Assembly: GCA_963836075.1 (NCBI GenBank)
Contig: CAWIIB010000001.1
Location: 1,184,001 to 1,248,000 of the forward strand
From: an uncultured Acidobacteriota bacterium
Lineage (GTDB): Bacteria > Acidobacteriota > JAQAZP01
Direction of reading: 5' to 3'
Length of the DNA: 64,000 nucleotides
In this document: piece by piece, positions 26,533 through 37,562 of the stretch
Layout: every line of letters starts with the position of its first letter
Position numbering within the stretch: position 1 is the first letter of the stretch
Translations under genes and position numbers: made by a program
Notes under the pieces: model-generated
The model's database searches: none
Seen by the model: the letters and a program-made list of their open reading frames with translations, nothing else
What the model was told of the DNA's origin: nothing

Positions 26533-29268
26533 GTCCGGGGACGCTGCAGTGAGCCCGAAGAAGTCGACGTAGGCCTGCATCAGCTCCAGCTTCGTGCTGG
26601 GCGACACGCCGTCGTTGAGACCTCCAAACTCGTAGGAGGCGCCGATGGCACGCCAGGTGCCGGCATCGTGGGCAATACCGCAGCCATACGCATCACTGGG
26701 ATTGATGAAGATCTCGAAAGCCGGGCTGGTGGCGCCAATCTGGTCGATCCAGGAGTTCTCACCACTGTAGGTAAAGCTCATCCCGTCGGTGAAGGATCCG
26801 GCCACACCGGTGGCGGTGGAGAGGTCGGCGCCGCCGTCCCCCTCGTCGATGAAGTTGAAGTAGCTGCGCAGGGTTGCCGGATTGCTGTCGAAGCACCAGA
26901 CATCGCCGCCCTCGAGGTAGAGGTTGCCGCCGTTGTCGAGGTACTCCACCAGGGCGGCCTCTTCGGCGCTGCCCGAAGAGAAGGTGTAGTTGTTGGAGTA
27001 GATGCCCACCAGGACAAAGATGGCGTCATAGTCGGTGAGCGGGTTGGGGTAGGCAAAGAGGTCGGATGTGGTGATCGAGCTCCAGCCGAGGGCGGTCAGG
27101 GCACCCTGCATCGCCGCGCCGCTGATCGGCGTCGGATCGGGCTCCCAGATCAGGATCTTGTACCAGTCGGGCAGGGTCACGTTGCGGGTGGTGATCCCGC
27201 CCCCGGTCACCGGGACGCCCAGCTCGGTGGCCGAGGCGTACCCCGACAGGGAGTAGCGCAGGTCATAGCTCGATCCGCCGGGCAGGTCGACGGTGTAGAA
27301 ACCGGAACCGCTGGTGAGCACCGGGGATATCGGCGTATCCAGCACCTCCACCTGCACCCCGGCCAGCGGGCTGCCGCCCGAATCGGTCACCGTGCCCTGG
27401 ATCGTGCCGTACACTGACGGCGCCAGAACCAGGTTCCGGGTGGTGATCGTGTCGGTGATGATGGCGACGTTGTTCACGGTGTCGGACACGTAGCCGAAAG
27501 CCGAGGCGGTGACGTCGTAGAGGTCCTCCACGAGATTCATCGTGTACTGGCCGGTGCCCGGATCCGAGGTTACCGTGGAGGTGGACCCCGTCCCCTGGCG
27601 CACGGCCTGGACCACGGCTTCCACCGCTGCACCGCTTCCCTGCTCGGTCACGGTCCCTTCCAGGGTGCCCAGGTCGGCGATGAATTCCAGGGCCAGGTGA
27701 GTGTCGATGCGGCCCCAGCCGGTCTCATTGTCGAAACCGGGAGCAGCCAGGTCGGTGGCTGTGGACTCCAGAACCAGCTGCACCTGTGCGGGGGTGAGCG
27801 ACGAGTCCACGGAGAGCATCAGCGCGGCCACGCCGGCCACGTGAGGACAGGCGCTGGAAGTGCCGTTGAACGTCTCGGTATACCCCCCGCCCATGGAGGT
27901 GGTGTGGATCAGCACGCCCGGGGCGCAGATGTCGAGGGTGGGGCCGTAGCTCGAACCCCAGCTCTCACCGTCACAGCTGGAACTGCTCTTCCGCTCGTCG
28001 CAGGGGCTCACCGCGCCCACGCAGATGCAGAAGGGGCTGTCCGCCGGGACCTCCACCGGTTGTACGTTCTCGTTTCCGGCGGCGAAGCAGACCACACAGC
28101 CGGCGTTGTGGGCGTTCTCGATGGCGTCATACACCGCGGTGTAGGTTCCCGACGACATGCGCCAGCTGTTGGAGAGGGCCAACCCGTCGAAATCGCCAGC
28201 CCGGCTCGCCGCGTAATTGAGCGCATCGGCGCGGTTCTGGTTCATACCGGAAGTGAGGTCGACCCGCAGGGGCATGATGCGGCAGCTGGAAGCGATGCCG
28301 GCCACACCGATCCCGTTGTTGCTCACCCCGGCGGCGATACCGGCACAGGAGGTGCCGTGCCCCGATTCGTCCTCGGGGACATCGTCCCCGGGATCGGCGA
28401 AGTCCCAGTCTTCCGTGCCCCGGGGCAGGATGTTGGCCGCCAGGTCGGGGTGGTCGAGGTCCACGCCGGTGTCGATGATGGCCACCACCACGTTGGGGTT
28501 GCCGGTGGTGATGTCCCAGGCGGCCTCGGCATTGATGTCGTGATCGCTGTACGGCGTGCAGCCGGAACAGGAGGTGACCTGGCCCGTGTTGTTCAGGTTC
28601 TGCTGGTTGGGGTAGTCGGGGTCGTTGGGCACGGCGAGCATGTCATCATAGCCCACGCTGCTGAACTCGGCGAAACGGACCTCTTTCATCCGGTTGAAAG
28701 CACGGATGGCCTGGAAGAGGGTCAGCTCCTCGGGGACGGTGATCGTGTAGTAGCCCGGTGTCCAGTGGTCCTGGACCACGCGGCTGCCCAGGGAGGAGAT
28801 GAGGTCACGGCAACGACCATCGTCCAATCCCGCGGCAAAACGGACGGTCAGTTCGTGACCCACCACATATTTGCGAAAGCCATCTTGATCCACCAGCACC
28901 GGGAAGGCGCTGACCACCTCGCTGCGCGCCGCAGCCTGCCGGGCCAGCTGAAGCTGATCCACCTGGCCCGGAATCCGGTAATGGGCGTGATGGTAGTATT
29001 GCTGCCGCGGGTGGAGGATGGACAGCCCGAGGGCAGTTTCCGCCGCAGTAACGGTATCCGGTGTGGCGGCCTCCTCGTAGCGGATCATGATCTCATCATC
29101 CAGGAGGCGAAACGTCAACTGGCGCTGAAAGTACTTGTCGAAGTAGTAGGCGTCCTCGAGCAGGGCTTCCCGCTGCAGCAGCTGCGCCGCCAGGGCGTTC
29201 TGGCCCATCGGGAGTCCGATGGCCAGCAGGGTCAGCACGATTGCTGCCTTGATTCCAATGGCTCTCAT
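26170..29268 (-). CDS. Secreted S8 (subtilisin-like) serine protease: prodomain, S8, two carboxypeptidase-regulatory-like domains, an alpha/beta domain and the shared C-terminal domain
   Basis: Signal peptide ...QNALA; catalytic triad IIDTGVD / GHGTSCAG / FNGTSSACP; GTLEGTVT and GTIQGTVTD repeats. Confidence 0.95.
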   Translation of the reverse strand: MRAIGIKAAIVLTLLAIGLPMGQNALAAQLLQREALLEDAYYFDKYFQRQLTFRLLDDEIMIRYEEAATPDTVTAAETALGLSILHPRQQYYHHAHYRIPGQVDQLQLARQAAARSEVVSAFPVLVDQDGFRKYVVGHELTVRFAAGLDDGRCRDLISSLGSRVVQDHWTPGYYTITVPEELTLFQAIRAFNRMKEVRFAEFSSVGYDDMLAVPNDPDYPNQQNLNNTGQVTSCSGCTPYSDHDINAEAAWDITTGNPNVVVAIIDTGVDLDHPDLAANILPRGTEDWDFADPGDDVPEDESGHGTSCAGIAAGVSNNGIGVAGIASSCRIMPLRVDLTSGMNQNRADALNYAASRAGDFDGLALSNSWRMSSGTYTAVYDAIENAHNAGCVVCFAAGNENVQPVEVPADSPFCICVGAVSPCDERKSSSSCDGESWGSSYGPTLDICAPGVLIHTTSMGGGYTETFNGTSSACPHVAGVAALMLSVDSSLTPAQVQLVLESTATDLAAPGFDNETGWGRIDTHLALEFIADLGTLEGTVTEQGSGAAVEAVVQAVRQGTGSTSTVTSDPGTGQYTMNLVEDLYDVTASAFGYVSDTVNNVAIITDTITTRNLVLAPSVYGTIQGTVTDSGGSPLAGVQVEVLDTPISPVLTSGSGFYTVDLPGGSSYDLRYSLSGYASATELGVPVTGGGITTRNVTLPDWYKILIWEPDPTPISGAAMQGALTALGWSSITTSDLFAYPNPLTDYDAIFVLVGIYSNNYTFSSGSAEEAALVEYLDNGGNLYLEGGDVWCFDSNPATLRSYFNFIDEGDGGADLSTATGVAGSFTDGMSFTYSGENSWIDQIGATSPAFEIFINPSDAYGCGIAHDAGTWRAIGASYEFGGLNDGVSPSTKLELMQAYVDFFGLTAASPDTVQVAINAAPDTGTLPFVTQFTTQLINLTSENRRAAARIDVVIANGTPYGNWRAGWTNLSPAEVFTKVWNQSLPGLGTLVGSNVFTLIGQDVTPAPFNQPPYAPSGDSDSDSFTVVGLTP

Positions 29269-29311
29269 TGTATTCCCTTTCAGTTGTGGAGGTCGGGTTG
29301 GCGAGAATCCG

Positions 29312-29353
29312 GTCTGTTGACAACAGACTAGTGGAAAAACGGGTAAGGATCAA
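29312..29353 (-). promoter_or_regulatory. Sigma70-like promoter of the S8 protease overlapped by a palindromic operator-like site
   Basis: Minus strand TTGATC-N17-TAGTCT (29353-29325); perfect inverted repeat GTCTGTTG-A-CAACAGAC at 29312-29328. Confidence 0.6.
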
Positions 29354-29374
29354 CTCGTTCAGGCCGGCTGGTCG

Positions 29375-32300
29375 CTACCCGTCCCAGCCGTCGGGATCGG
29401 CCACCGGGACCGGGACTGCTTTATTCCCCCGGACCATGCGGCGGAAGAGCGCGGCCACCACGGCGGAGCGCAGGTCGTCGAGCAGGGTGTAGACCACCGG
29501 CACCACCAGCAGGGTGAAGAGGGTGGACGAGATCAGCCCGCCGATGAGGGTCAGACCGAAGCTGGTGTAGCTGAGGCCGATGGAGGAGGTGCCGCTCATG
29601 GTCACCGGGATCAGGCCGCAGATGGTGGTCAGGGTGGTCATCATGATCGGGCGAAAACGCCGCTCGGTGGCCATCAGCAGCGCCTCGCGCCGTTCCAGGC
29701 CCTGCTTGCGCAGCCGGTTGACGTAGTCGATGAGCACGATGCCGTTGTTCACCACCACCCCCACCAGCAGCACGCAACCCACCACGCCGAGGAAATCGAT
29801 GTCGAAGCCGGTGGCGTAGTGGATCCAGCTCACCCCGATGGGGGCGAGAATGATGCTGAAAATGATCGAGAGCGGCAGCATGAAACTCTCGAAGAGGAAG
29901 CCCATCAGCAGGTAGATGAAGATCACCGAGAGCATCAGGGCGAAATAGAGGGATTGCAGGTCCTCGTCCACCTCCTCGCCCCGCTGTTCGCCGAACCGCA
30001 CGCCCTCGGGCAGGTCGATGGTCGACTGCAGTGCAAGGAGTCTTTTCCGGGTCTCCTCCTCCTCGCCCTCTTCCAGCTCGAGGGTCAGGTAGCGGGTGGT
30101 CCGTTTGTCCCGGCGCACGATCCGCTCAGCCGAGGCCAGCTCTTTTACATCGGTCACCGATGAGATGGGGACGAAACCGCCGCTGGCCGTGGGGATGTAA
30201 AACCCCATGAGCTTGTCGAGGGTCTCCCGGTCCTCCTCCTTGTAGCGCACCCGTACCGGGATCTCCTTGCCCTCCCGGTGGTAGTAAGGCAGCTGTTGGC
30301 CGCGGAGGGAATAACCGACCACCCCGGCCACCACCTGGGGATTGATCCCCTGCTGCTGGGCGCGCCCGCGGTCCACCACCAGCCCCAGTTCGTTGGGCGC
30401 CGGGTCACCGCTGGATTTCAGGCCCAGCACCCCGGGCACCGCGATGAACCGGGGTTCGATCTCCCTGGCCACCCGGTCCAGCACCCGGAAGTCCTCGCCG
30501 AACAACTCAACCACGAAAACCTGCTGTCCCTCTTCCTCCTCCGACTCGCTCTCCTGCCCGGTGTAGTATTCGGCGCCCGGCTTTTTTGGTAACAGTTTCA
30601 TCAATCGCTCGGTCACTTCGCGGGGTGAAATGTCGTTGGTCCGCGGCCGCTTGAACCAGCCCTCCAGCTCGCCGTAGGTGGCGGTGTGGAAGTGGAACTG
30701 CCCGTCCAGGTCCAGTTCCTCCATGTGCTCTTCGACCACCTGCTCCAGGGTGCGGAAATAGACTTCCGTCTCCTCCAGCGTGGTGCCCCGCGGCATTTCG
30801 ATGTCGATCTCGAACCCTGACCGTTCCTCCTCCTGCACCTCGACGAATTTGACGTTCTTGAAAGCGAAGGCCCCGGTCACCGCATAGAGCAGCACCAGCA
30901 GGAGCACCAGGTCGAGACGGCGATTGAGAAAGACGCCCAGCAGGCCGGTGTAGCCGCGGTTCATCGGCAGCATCGTGACGTTGTAGATCCGCTCCACGAA
31001 CCCGGTGAACCGTTCGTAGGCCCCGCGCAGCCGGGTTGTTTGCTTCACCCCGTTGGCCAGGGTGAGGTAGACGCAGAGGGGGACGAAAACACCGGCCACC
31101 ACCAGCGAGGCCAGCAGGGCCATGGAGATGGGCAGGGACAGGCGAAGCAGGAAGAACTGCCCCTGCCCTTCCACCAGCGACACCGGGAGAAAGACGACGA
31201 TGGTGGTCAGGGTGGCCATCAGGATGGCCAGGGCGATCTCCCCCACGCCCTTGATCGCCGCATCGCGCCGGGGCATCCCCTCCTTGTGCAGCCGGTGGAC
31301 GTTCTCCGCAACCACCACCGAGTTGTCCACCAGCAGGCCCACCGAGATCATCAGCCCCAGCAGGGAGAGGATGTTCAGCGACTCGTTGGCGAAATACATC
31401 ACGGTGAGCGAGATCAGCAGGCTGAGCGGAATGGAGAGGGTGATAATCAGGGTCAGCCGCAGCCGGCGCAGGAAGAAGAAGAGCACCACGATGGCGAACA
31501 GGGCGCCGATGCGGCCGCTGTCCAGCAGGGTCTTCAGCGACTCCTCGATCACCTGCCCCTGGTCGAAGAGCGGGAAGATGCCGATGTCCTGCAGCCGGGG
31601 TTCCCCCTCCAGCCGCTCCAGTTCGGCCCGCATGGCCCGGGCCACCTCGAGGGTGTTGGCCTGCCCCTCCTTGAGCACGATCAGCGCCACCGCCGGCTGG
31701 GAGTTGGCCCGCACCCGGTAGGTCTGCTCCGGTTCCTTCCAGCTCACCTCGGCCACGTCCTGCAGCCGGATCGAGGGAGCCACCAGTCGCTGGCGCAGCG
31801 CTTCCAGGTCTTTGTAGCGGGCCACCGAGCGCAGCAGCAGCTTCTTGCCGCCGAAACGCACGTCACCGGAGGCGAGGGTGAAGTTGTCGTCGGCCAGCTC
31901 GCCGGCCAGCTGGTAGATGTTCAGCCCGCTGGCCTCGGTGCGCTCGCGGTCCAGCTCGATGAAGATCTCCTTCTCCATCAGGCCCTGGACTTCCACCGTG
32001 GCCACCCCGTCGATCCGCTGCAGCGGCATGATAATCTGGTTCTGGATCAGGTTGTAAGGGTCGATCAGGCCGGGGTCCACGGTGAGCCCCAGCACCATCA
32101 CCGGGATGCTGGCCTCGTCCTCCTTGCGGATGGTGATGCGGTCGGCGTCCTCGGGCATCCGCACCCGGGCGCGTTCGATGCGGTCGCGCAGTTCGCGGTA
32201 GGCCACGTCCATGTCGGTGCCGCTTTTGAACTGCAGCGAGATGAAAGCGATGCCGGTGCGGGCGTAGGACCTGATGCCGTCGATGCCGGCAACGGTGCTC

Positions 32301-32540
32301 ACCTCTTCCTCCAGGGGGAGGATGATCTTTTCCAGCATCTCCTGGGGCGGTGCGTCCCGCCAGGGCACGCGGATGCCGAGGAAGGGATTGTTGAACCCGG
32401 AGGGGATCAGCTCGAGGGGGATGCCGATGGTGGCCACCACGCCCACCACCAGGGCGCTGGCCAACATGACCAGTACCGGCAATCCGGCGGTTCAGTGAGA
32501 ACCGTGGCAAGGCCTCCTCGAGCTTGCGCCTGTCCTTCAC
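29375..32540 (-). CDS. RND (AcrB/MdtB/C-like) efflux permease with an apparent +1 frameshift near 32477
   Basis: GLLVDNSVVVAEN, GVVVNNGIVLID, RFRPIMMT motifs. The N-terminal MKDRRKLEEALPRFSLNRRI (GTG 32540, GAGGGGAGG RBS) is in a different frame from VLVMLASALVVG. Confidence 0.9.
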
Positions 32541-32565
32541 CGGTCAAACCTCCCCTCACCCTCAA

Positions 32566-35500
32566 CTATACCAGTTCGGCCGGCGTGGCCGGCTCGCGGC
32601 TGCCGAAAATCAGGTCCCGGCCCCGCTCGATCACGGCATAGACGCTGGGAATCACCAGCAGGGTCAACAGTGTGGATACGGTCAGTCCGCTGATCACCGA
32701 GATGGCCATCGGCGTGCGAATCTCCGCGCCGTCGCCCAGCCCGAGGGCCATGGGCAGCAGGCCCAGGGCGGTGGTGGCGGTGGTCATCAGGATCGGCCGC
32801 AGCCGCACCGTGCCGGCGGTGACGATGGCCTCGTTGCGCTCCATGCCCCGCCGCCGCAGGGTGTTGATGTAGTCGATAAAGACAATGGCGTTGTTCACCA
32901 CGATACCGGCGAGCATGATCATCCCCAGGAAGACCACCACCGAGAGGCTGATCCCGAAGAGCTTCAGGGCCAGCATGGTACCGAGGAAGGCCAGCGGGAT
33001 GGTGAGCATGATCACCAGCGGCTGCATCAGCGACTCGAACTGGGCGGCCATGATCACGTAGACCAGGAAGATGGAGAGGCTGAGGGCCAGGATCAGGCTG
33101 CCCCGGCTCCGCTCCCACTCCAGGTTCTGGCCGGTGATGTAGAAGGTCATGTCCGACGGCCAGTCCAGGGCCCGGAGCTCATCCTCGATGCGGTTCACCG
33201 CGACGCCCAGGGAACCCTGACCGAGGTTCGCGGTGACCAGCGCCACCCGCCGGCCGTCCACCCGGCGCACCTCGCTGGGCCCTTCGGCCAGGTCGATGGC
33301 GGCCACGGCGGAGAGCGGGATCGGGTGCTCGCCGCCGGGGTTGACCACGAAGTCGCGAATATCCTCCACCCGGCTGCGGTCCGCCTCCTCGAAGCGGACG
33401 ATCAGCGGGATCCGCCGGTCGCCGAGGTTGAAGCGGGTCGCCTCGTAGCCCTTCACCGCGTTGCGCACCTGGTCGGCCACCCGGGCGATGTTGAGACCGA
33501 AGCGCGACAGCTGGTCCCGGTTGTACTCGATCTGCACTTCCGGCGCCCCGCTGCGCTGGGTGGTCTCCACGTCGGTCAGTTCGGACAGGCCGGCCATGGT
33601 GTCCCGGACTTTCTCCGCCATCCGCCGCAGCCGGGGCAGGTCCTCCCCGTGGATCTCCACCTCGATGGGCGTGCGGAAGCTGAAGAGCACCGGCCGCGTC
33701 ACCCGCGACTCGAGGTCGGGGATTTTCTCCAGCTGGCGCCTGACCCGGTCAGCCACCCGCTGTTCCACCCGAGGGTCGGAGGTATCGAGGATCACCTTCA
33801 GTTTGGCGGTGTGCTCGCCCTCGTCGGAACGCTGGCTGGTGGCCGGATCGAAACCGAAGGTCAGCAGCAGCGAGTCGATATGCTCACGCTCGGCCAGCAC
33901 GGCCTGCTCCACCGGTGAAAGCAGCGCCACCGTCTCTTCCAGGGGCGTGCCCACCGGCAGGGCAGCCTCGATGGTGAACTCGCCCTGGTGCACCTCGGGC
34001 AGCAGCTCGCTGTCCAGACTGAGGGCCAGCCAGCCGGTGACCACTATGCTGAGGATGGTGACCAGCACCATGCTCAGCGGGTGATCCACGGCCCAGCGTA
34101 CGGTGGGGGGGTAAAACCGGTTGAGCAGGGCCAGCAGCCAGTTCATCATCTTGAGCGGCAGGACGGTGATCAACCAGAAGACGTAGATGATGGCCTTGCC
34201 GAGAAAGACCTGCCAGATCCAGGACAGTCCCATCAGAATGGCGTAGAGCAGCTTGCCCACGGCTTCCAGGGCGGTTCCCACCACCAGCCGCGGTAGCCAG
34301 TAAAGCAGGTAGATCCAGCGCCGGATGCGGTTGCCCCGGCCGAAGTCGCCGCGGAAAACATGCCAGCTGGCTGTGGGCCAGAAGGAGGGTTTCCGCTCGG
34401 CCAGGGAACTGACCGCGATGCCGCGGCGGCTGGCCAGCATGGGAATGAAGAAGATGGCCACCAGCAGGGAGACCAGCAGCGAAATCACCACCGCCAGCCC
34501 CAGGTTGCCGAAAGCCTGGCCGGCCACGCCGACCACGAAGACCATGGGGAAGAACACGGCGATGGAGGTCAGGGTGGAGGCCACCACCGCCATCCGCACC
34601 TCGGCCGCACCGCGGCTGGCCGCCTGCTCCAGGTCGTCCCCCTCCTCGCGGCAGCGGTAGATCGACTCCAGCACCACGATGGAGGAGTCGACCAGCATAC
34701 CGATGCCCATGGCCAGGCCACCGAGACTCATGATGTTCAGGCTCACCCCGAGGATGTTCATCGGGGCAAAGGTGTCCAGCAGACTGATCGGGATGCTCAC
34801 CGCGATGATCAGGGTGGGCACGAATTTGCGCAGGAAGAGGAAGAGCACAAGCACGGCCAGCAGGCCGCCGATGATCGCCGTGTTGAGCACCTCGTTGACG
34901 CTGCTCTCGATGAACACCGAGCGGTCGGCCACCAGTTTGAGTTTCACGCCCTCGTCGCGGTACAGTTCGGCGGCCAGCTCGCTCTCCCGCTGCCCACCAG
35001 GGCGACGGCCCCGTCCCTCAGGCTCATCCCCTTCCGGTTTCTCCTCCGCGGCTTCGATCTCGGCCGCCAGCAGTTCGTCGATGTCCCCCACCCGCGTCTT
35101 GATGCTCTTGGCCAGGGAGACCATGTTGGCGTCGGCCTCCTTGAAGACCTCGATCTGGACGCTCTCGCTGCCGTCGGTGCGGGTGGTGATCTGGCGTTCC
35201 CGGTGACCCCAGCGAACCTGGCCCAGGTCGCGAATCCGGATCTGGCGGCCCTCCCTGATCACGACCACCGTGTCCTCGATCTGCTGCAGGTTCTGGTATT
35301 CGTTGATCGTCCGCACCATGTACTCGGTGCTGCCCTCCTTGAGCGTCCCGCCGGCCACGTTGATGTTCTCCTGGGCCAGCCGGTCAATCACCTGCTGGGC
35401 CGAGATTCTGGCCCGGCGCAGCTGCTCCTCGTCCAGCAGCACGTGGATCTCTTCCTCCAGCCCGCCGCGGATCCGCACAGCGGCCACACCCTTTACCGGC

Positions 35501-36015
35501 TCCAGTGCGCGCTTGACCTGCAGCTCGGCAATGCGGCGCAGCCGCCGCAGGCCCTCCTCGCCCTCGAACTGTTCGCCCTCGCCGGAGAGGCTCAGTTCGA
35601 GCACCGGGTCGAGGGAGGGGTCGAAACGGAGGATCAGCGGCCGCTCCGCCTCGTCAGGGAGAAAGACCAGGTCGAGTTTTTCCAGGGTGTCCTGCACCGC
35701 GTCGGACATCTCGGTGTCCCAGGAGAACTCCAGCACCACGTCGCTGACATCGGCCCGACTGACACTCCAGATGCGTCGCAGCCCGCCGATCACGCCCAGG
35801 GCTTCCTCCACCGGGCGGGTGATGTCGTTCTCCACTTCTTCGGGAGCTGCGCCGGGGTACTCGGTGCGCACGGTGAGGGTGGGATAGCTCAGCTCCGGCA
35901 TCAGGGTCACCGGGAGCCGGCCGTATGAGAAATAGCCGAAGACCACCGCGGCAAGGAAGACCATCAGGATGGCCACCGGCCGGCGGGTGACGAAGCTGTG
36001 GCTCTCGCTGCTCAC
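32566..36015 (-). CDS. RND (AcrB/MdtB/C-like) efflux permease
   Basis: RRPVAILM, YPGAAPEEVE, GMLVDSSIVVLE, GIVVNNAIV, RLRPILMT. Confidence 0.95.
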   Translation of the reverse strand: MSSESHSFVTRRPVAILMVFLAAVVFGYFSYGRLPVTLMPELSYPTLTVRTEYPGAAPEEVENDITRPVEEALGVIGGLRRIWSVSRADVSDVVLEFSWDTEMSDAVQDTLEKLDLVFLPDEAERPLILRFDPSLDPVLELSLSGEGEQFEGEEGLRRLRRIAELQVKRALEPVKGVAAVRIRGGLEEEIHVLLDEEQLRRARISAQQVIDRLAQENINVAGGTLKEGSTEYMVRTINEYQNLQQIEDTVVVIREGRQIRIRDLGQVRWGHRERQITTRTDGSESVQIEVFKEADANMVSLAKSIKTRVGDIDELLAAEIEAAEEKPEGDEPEGRGRRPGGQRESELAAELYRDEGVKLKLVADRSVFIESSVNEVLNTAIIGGLLAVLVLFLFLRKFVPTLIIAVSIPISLLDTFAPMNILGVSLNIMSLGGLAMGIGMLVDSSIVVLESIYRCREEGDDLEQAASRGAAEVRMAVVASTLTSIAVFFPMVFVVGVAGQAFGNLGLAVVISLLVSLLVAIFFIPMLASRRGIAVSSLAERKPSFWPTASWHVFRGDFGRGNRIRRWIYLLYWLPRLVVGTALEAVGKLLYAILMGLSWIWQVFLGKAIIYVFWLITVLPLKMMNWLLALLNRFYPPTVRWAVDHPLSMVLVTILSIVVTGWLALSLDSELLPEVHQGEFTIEAALPVGTPLEETVALLSPVEQAVLAEREHIDSLLLTFGFDPATSQRSDEGEHTAKLKVILDTSDPRVEQRVADRVRRQLEKIPDLESRVTRPVLFSFRTPIEVEIHGEDLPRLRRMAEKVRDTMAGLSELTDVETTQRSGAPEVQIEYNRDQLSRFGLNIARVADQVRNAVKGYEATRFNLGDRRIPLIVRFEEADRSRVEDIRDFVVNPGGEHPIPLSAVAAIDLAEGPSEVRRVDGRRVALVTANLGQGSLGVAVNRIEDELRALDWPSDMTFYITGQNLEWERSRGSLILALSLSIFLVYVIMAAQFESLMQPLVIMLTIPLAFLGTMLALKLFGISLSVVVFLGMIMLAGIVVNNAIVFIDYINTLRRRGMERNEAIVTAGTVRLRPILMTTATTALGLLPMALGLGDGAEIRTPMAISVISGLTVSTLLTLLVIPSVYAVIERGRDLIFGSREPATPAELV

Positions 36016-37262
36016 TGGCCGGCCACCTCCGCGTCCTCCGACGCTTCCGCGTCGTCCGGCACGTCGGTCTGTTCCTCCTCGGCAGTTTCGGTCACCACGC
36101 TGTCATCGTCCGGCGGACTGTTATCCGCATCCGCGACGGTTTCCTCGTCCTCTGGATCCGGATCCCCGGGCAGCCTGACCAGGGCCCCGTCCTTGAGGCC
36201 CGACTGTCCGGCGGTGACGATCAGGTCGCCGTCCTCGAAACCCTCCAGCGGCTCGACGAACATGGCGTCCTCCAGTTGCGGCACCAGGCGCACCCGCTCC
36301 ACGTCGCGCTCGCCGGCCAGGCGGAAGACGAAGATCTGGTCGTTCTCGTAGACCAGCGCCCGCTTGGGCACCAGCAGGGCATCGTCCTTTGTGGAGGCCA
36401 CCAGCTCCACCTCGACATACATTCCGGGCCGCAAGCCTTCCTGGCGGGGGATGGCCACGGTGACCTTCACCGTGCCGGTACCCGGGTCCACCGATGGGGC
36501 AATACGGTCGACACTGCCGCTGAACATCCGATCACCCATGGCATCGGCGCGAATCCGGGCGGTCTGACCCTTGTGCAGCCGGGAGAGCTCTTTTTCGGGA
36601 ACAAAGATCCGGGCCACGATGGAATCGAAGTCCACGATCTGGAACAGAGGCTGGTTGACGGTGACGTAGTCGCCGAGATTGACCATCCGTGAGACCACCA
36701 CCCCGGAGATCGGCGCCTTTACCGAGGTGTAGGCCAATTCGCGCTCGGCGTCATCGCGGGCCAGCAGCAGCTGCTCCACTTCATAGCTGGCCTCGTTGTA
36801 GACCTGCTCGCTGATCAGTTCCTGCTGGAAGAGCTTTTCCTGCCGGGCCAGTTCCCGCTGGGCCTGGGCCAGCTGGCCGTTGACCTTGGCCAGGGCGGTA
36901 TGCTGCATGTCGTCCTGCAGTTTGACCATCAACTGGCCGGCGCGAACCGCATGCCCCTCTTCGACTTTCAGCTGCTCTACAATCCGCGGGGCCTGGGCAA
37001 AGACCTGGACGTCCCTCTCGGCCTCGAGGTTGGAGGCGAAGCGCAGCACGGCTTCGATGTGGCCCCGCTCAATGGCTGCCACCTCAACCGGCACGGCCTC
37101 CCGTTCATTATTTTTCGATTCATCGGCGGCCTCTTCCCCGTTTTCCTTGCCGCCCTCCGGACCGCCCACGCTGATCTCACAGCCGGTGAGCGCCAGCGTG
37201 GCACCGAGAAGCAGTGCCGGCACACCCCACCCGAACACCCGTTTCAACTTTGTTATAATCAT
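36012..37262 (-). CDS. RND membrane fusion protein (periplasmic adaptor), probable lipoprotein
   Basis: Lipobox LALTGC; VEEG..V.AGQ lipoyl halves; KAPISGVV; acidic tail. Start ATG 37262 with GAGGGGG RBS. Confidence 0.9.
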   Translation of the reverse strand: MIITKLKRVFGWGVPALLLGATLALTGCEISVGGPEGGKENGEEAADESKNNEREAVPVEVAAIERGHIEAVLRFASNLEAERDVQVFAQAPRIVEQLKVEEGHAVRAGQLMVKLQDDMQHTALAKVNGQLAQAQRELARQEKLFQQELISEQVYNEASYEVEQLLLARDDAERELAYTSVKAPISGVVVSRMVNLGDYVTVNQPLFQIVDFDSIVARIFVPEKELSRLHKGQTARIRADAMGDRMFSGSVDRIAPSVDPGTGTVKVTVAIPRQEGLRPGMYVEVELVASTKDDALLVPKRALVYENDQIFVFRLAGERDVERVRLVPQLEDAMFVEPLEGFEDGDLIVTAGQSGLKDGALVRLPGDPDPEDEETVADADNSPPDDDSVVTETAEEEQTDVPDDAEASEDAEVAGQ

Positions 37263-37514
37263 GGCCCCCTCGTGGAATCCTATCCCTATGATGCCATTCG
37301 ACCCGCTACAGATGGCTCTGGTGTTTATAACGTCTGAAACCATGGAAACTTAACTGCCGGGGCGATTTGTGCGCCCGATCAAGCACTCCCCGAAACTCCT
37401 GTAACCATACGTTGGGGCATGAGAAATAGTTCTGGAGAGCGGGAGCAGGGGATGCAGCCGTCCGGACGCGCTGCGCATGGCGGGATGGAACCGTTGAATT
37501 CGGGCGTAATCGAG

Positions 37515-37547
37515 GGGCGGGAGAGACGCCCTGCGCCCCTCCCGCCC
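37515..37547 (-). terminator. GC-rich stem-loop after the beta-propeller gene
   Basis: GGGCGGGAG...CTCCCGCCC about 15 nt past the stop at 37563. Confidence 0.4.
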
Positions 37548-37562
37548 GGTTGGGAAACGTGA

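Noticed and set aside
31863-32540. 225-aa ORF as an independent gene
   Set aside because: Only its first ~20 codons look coding (the RND N-terminus); the rest is out-of-frame read-through after the frameshift.
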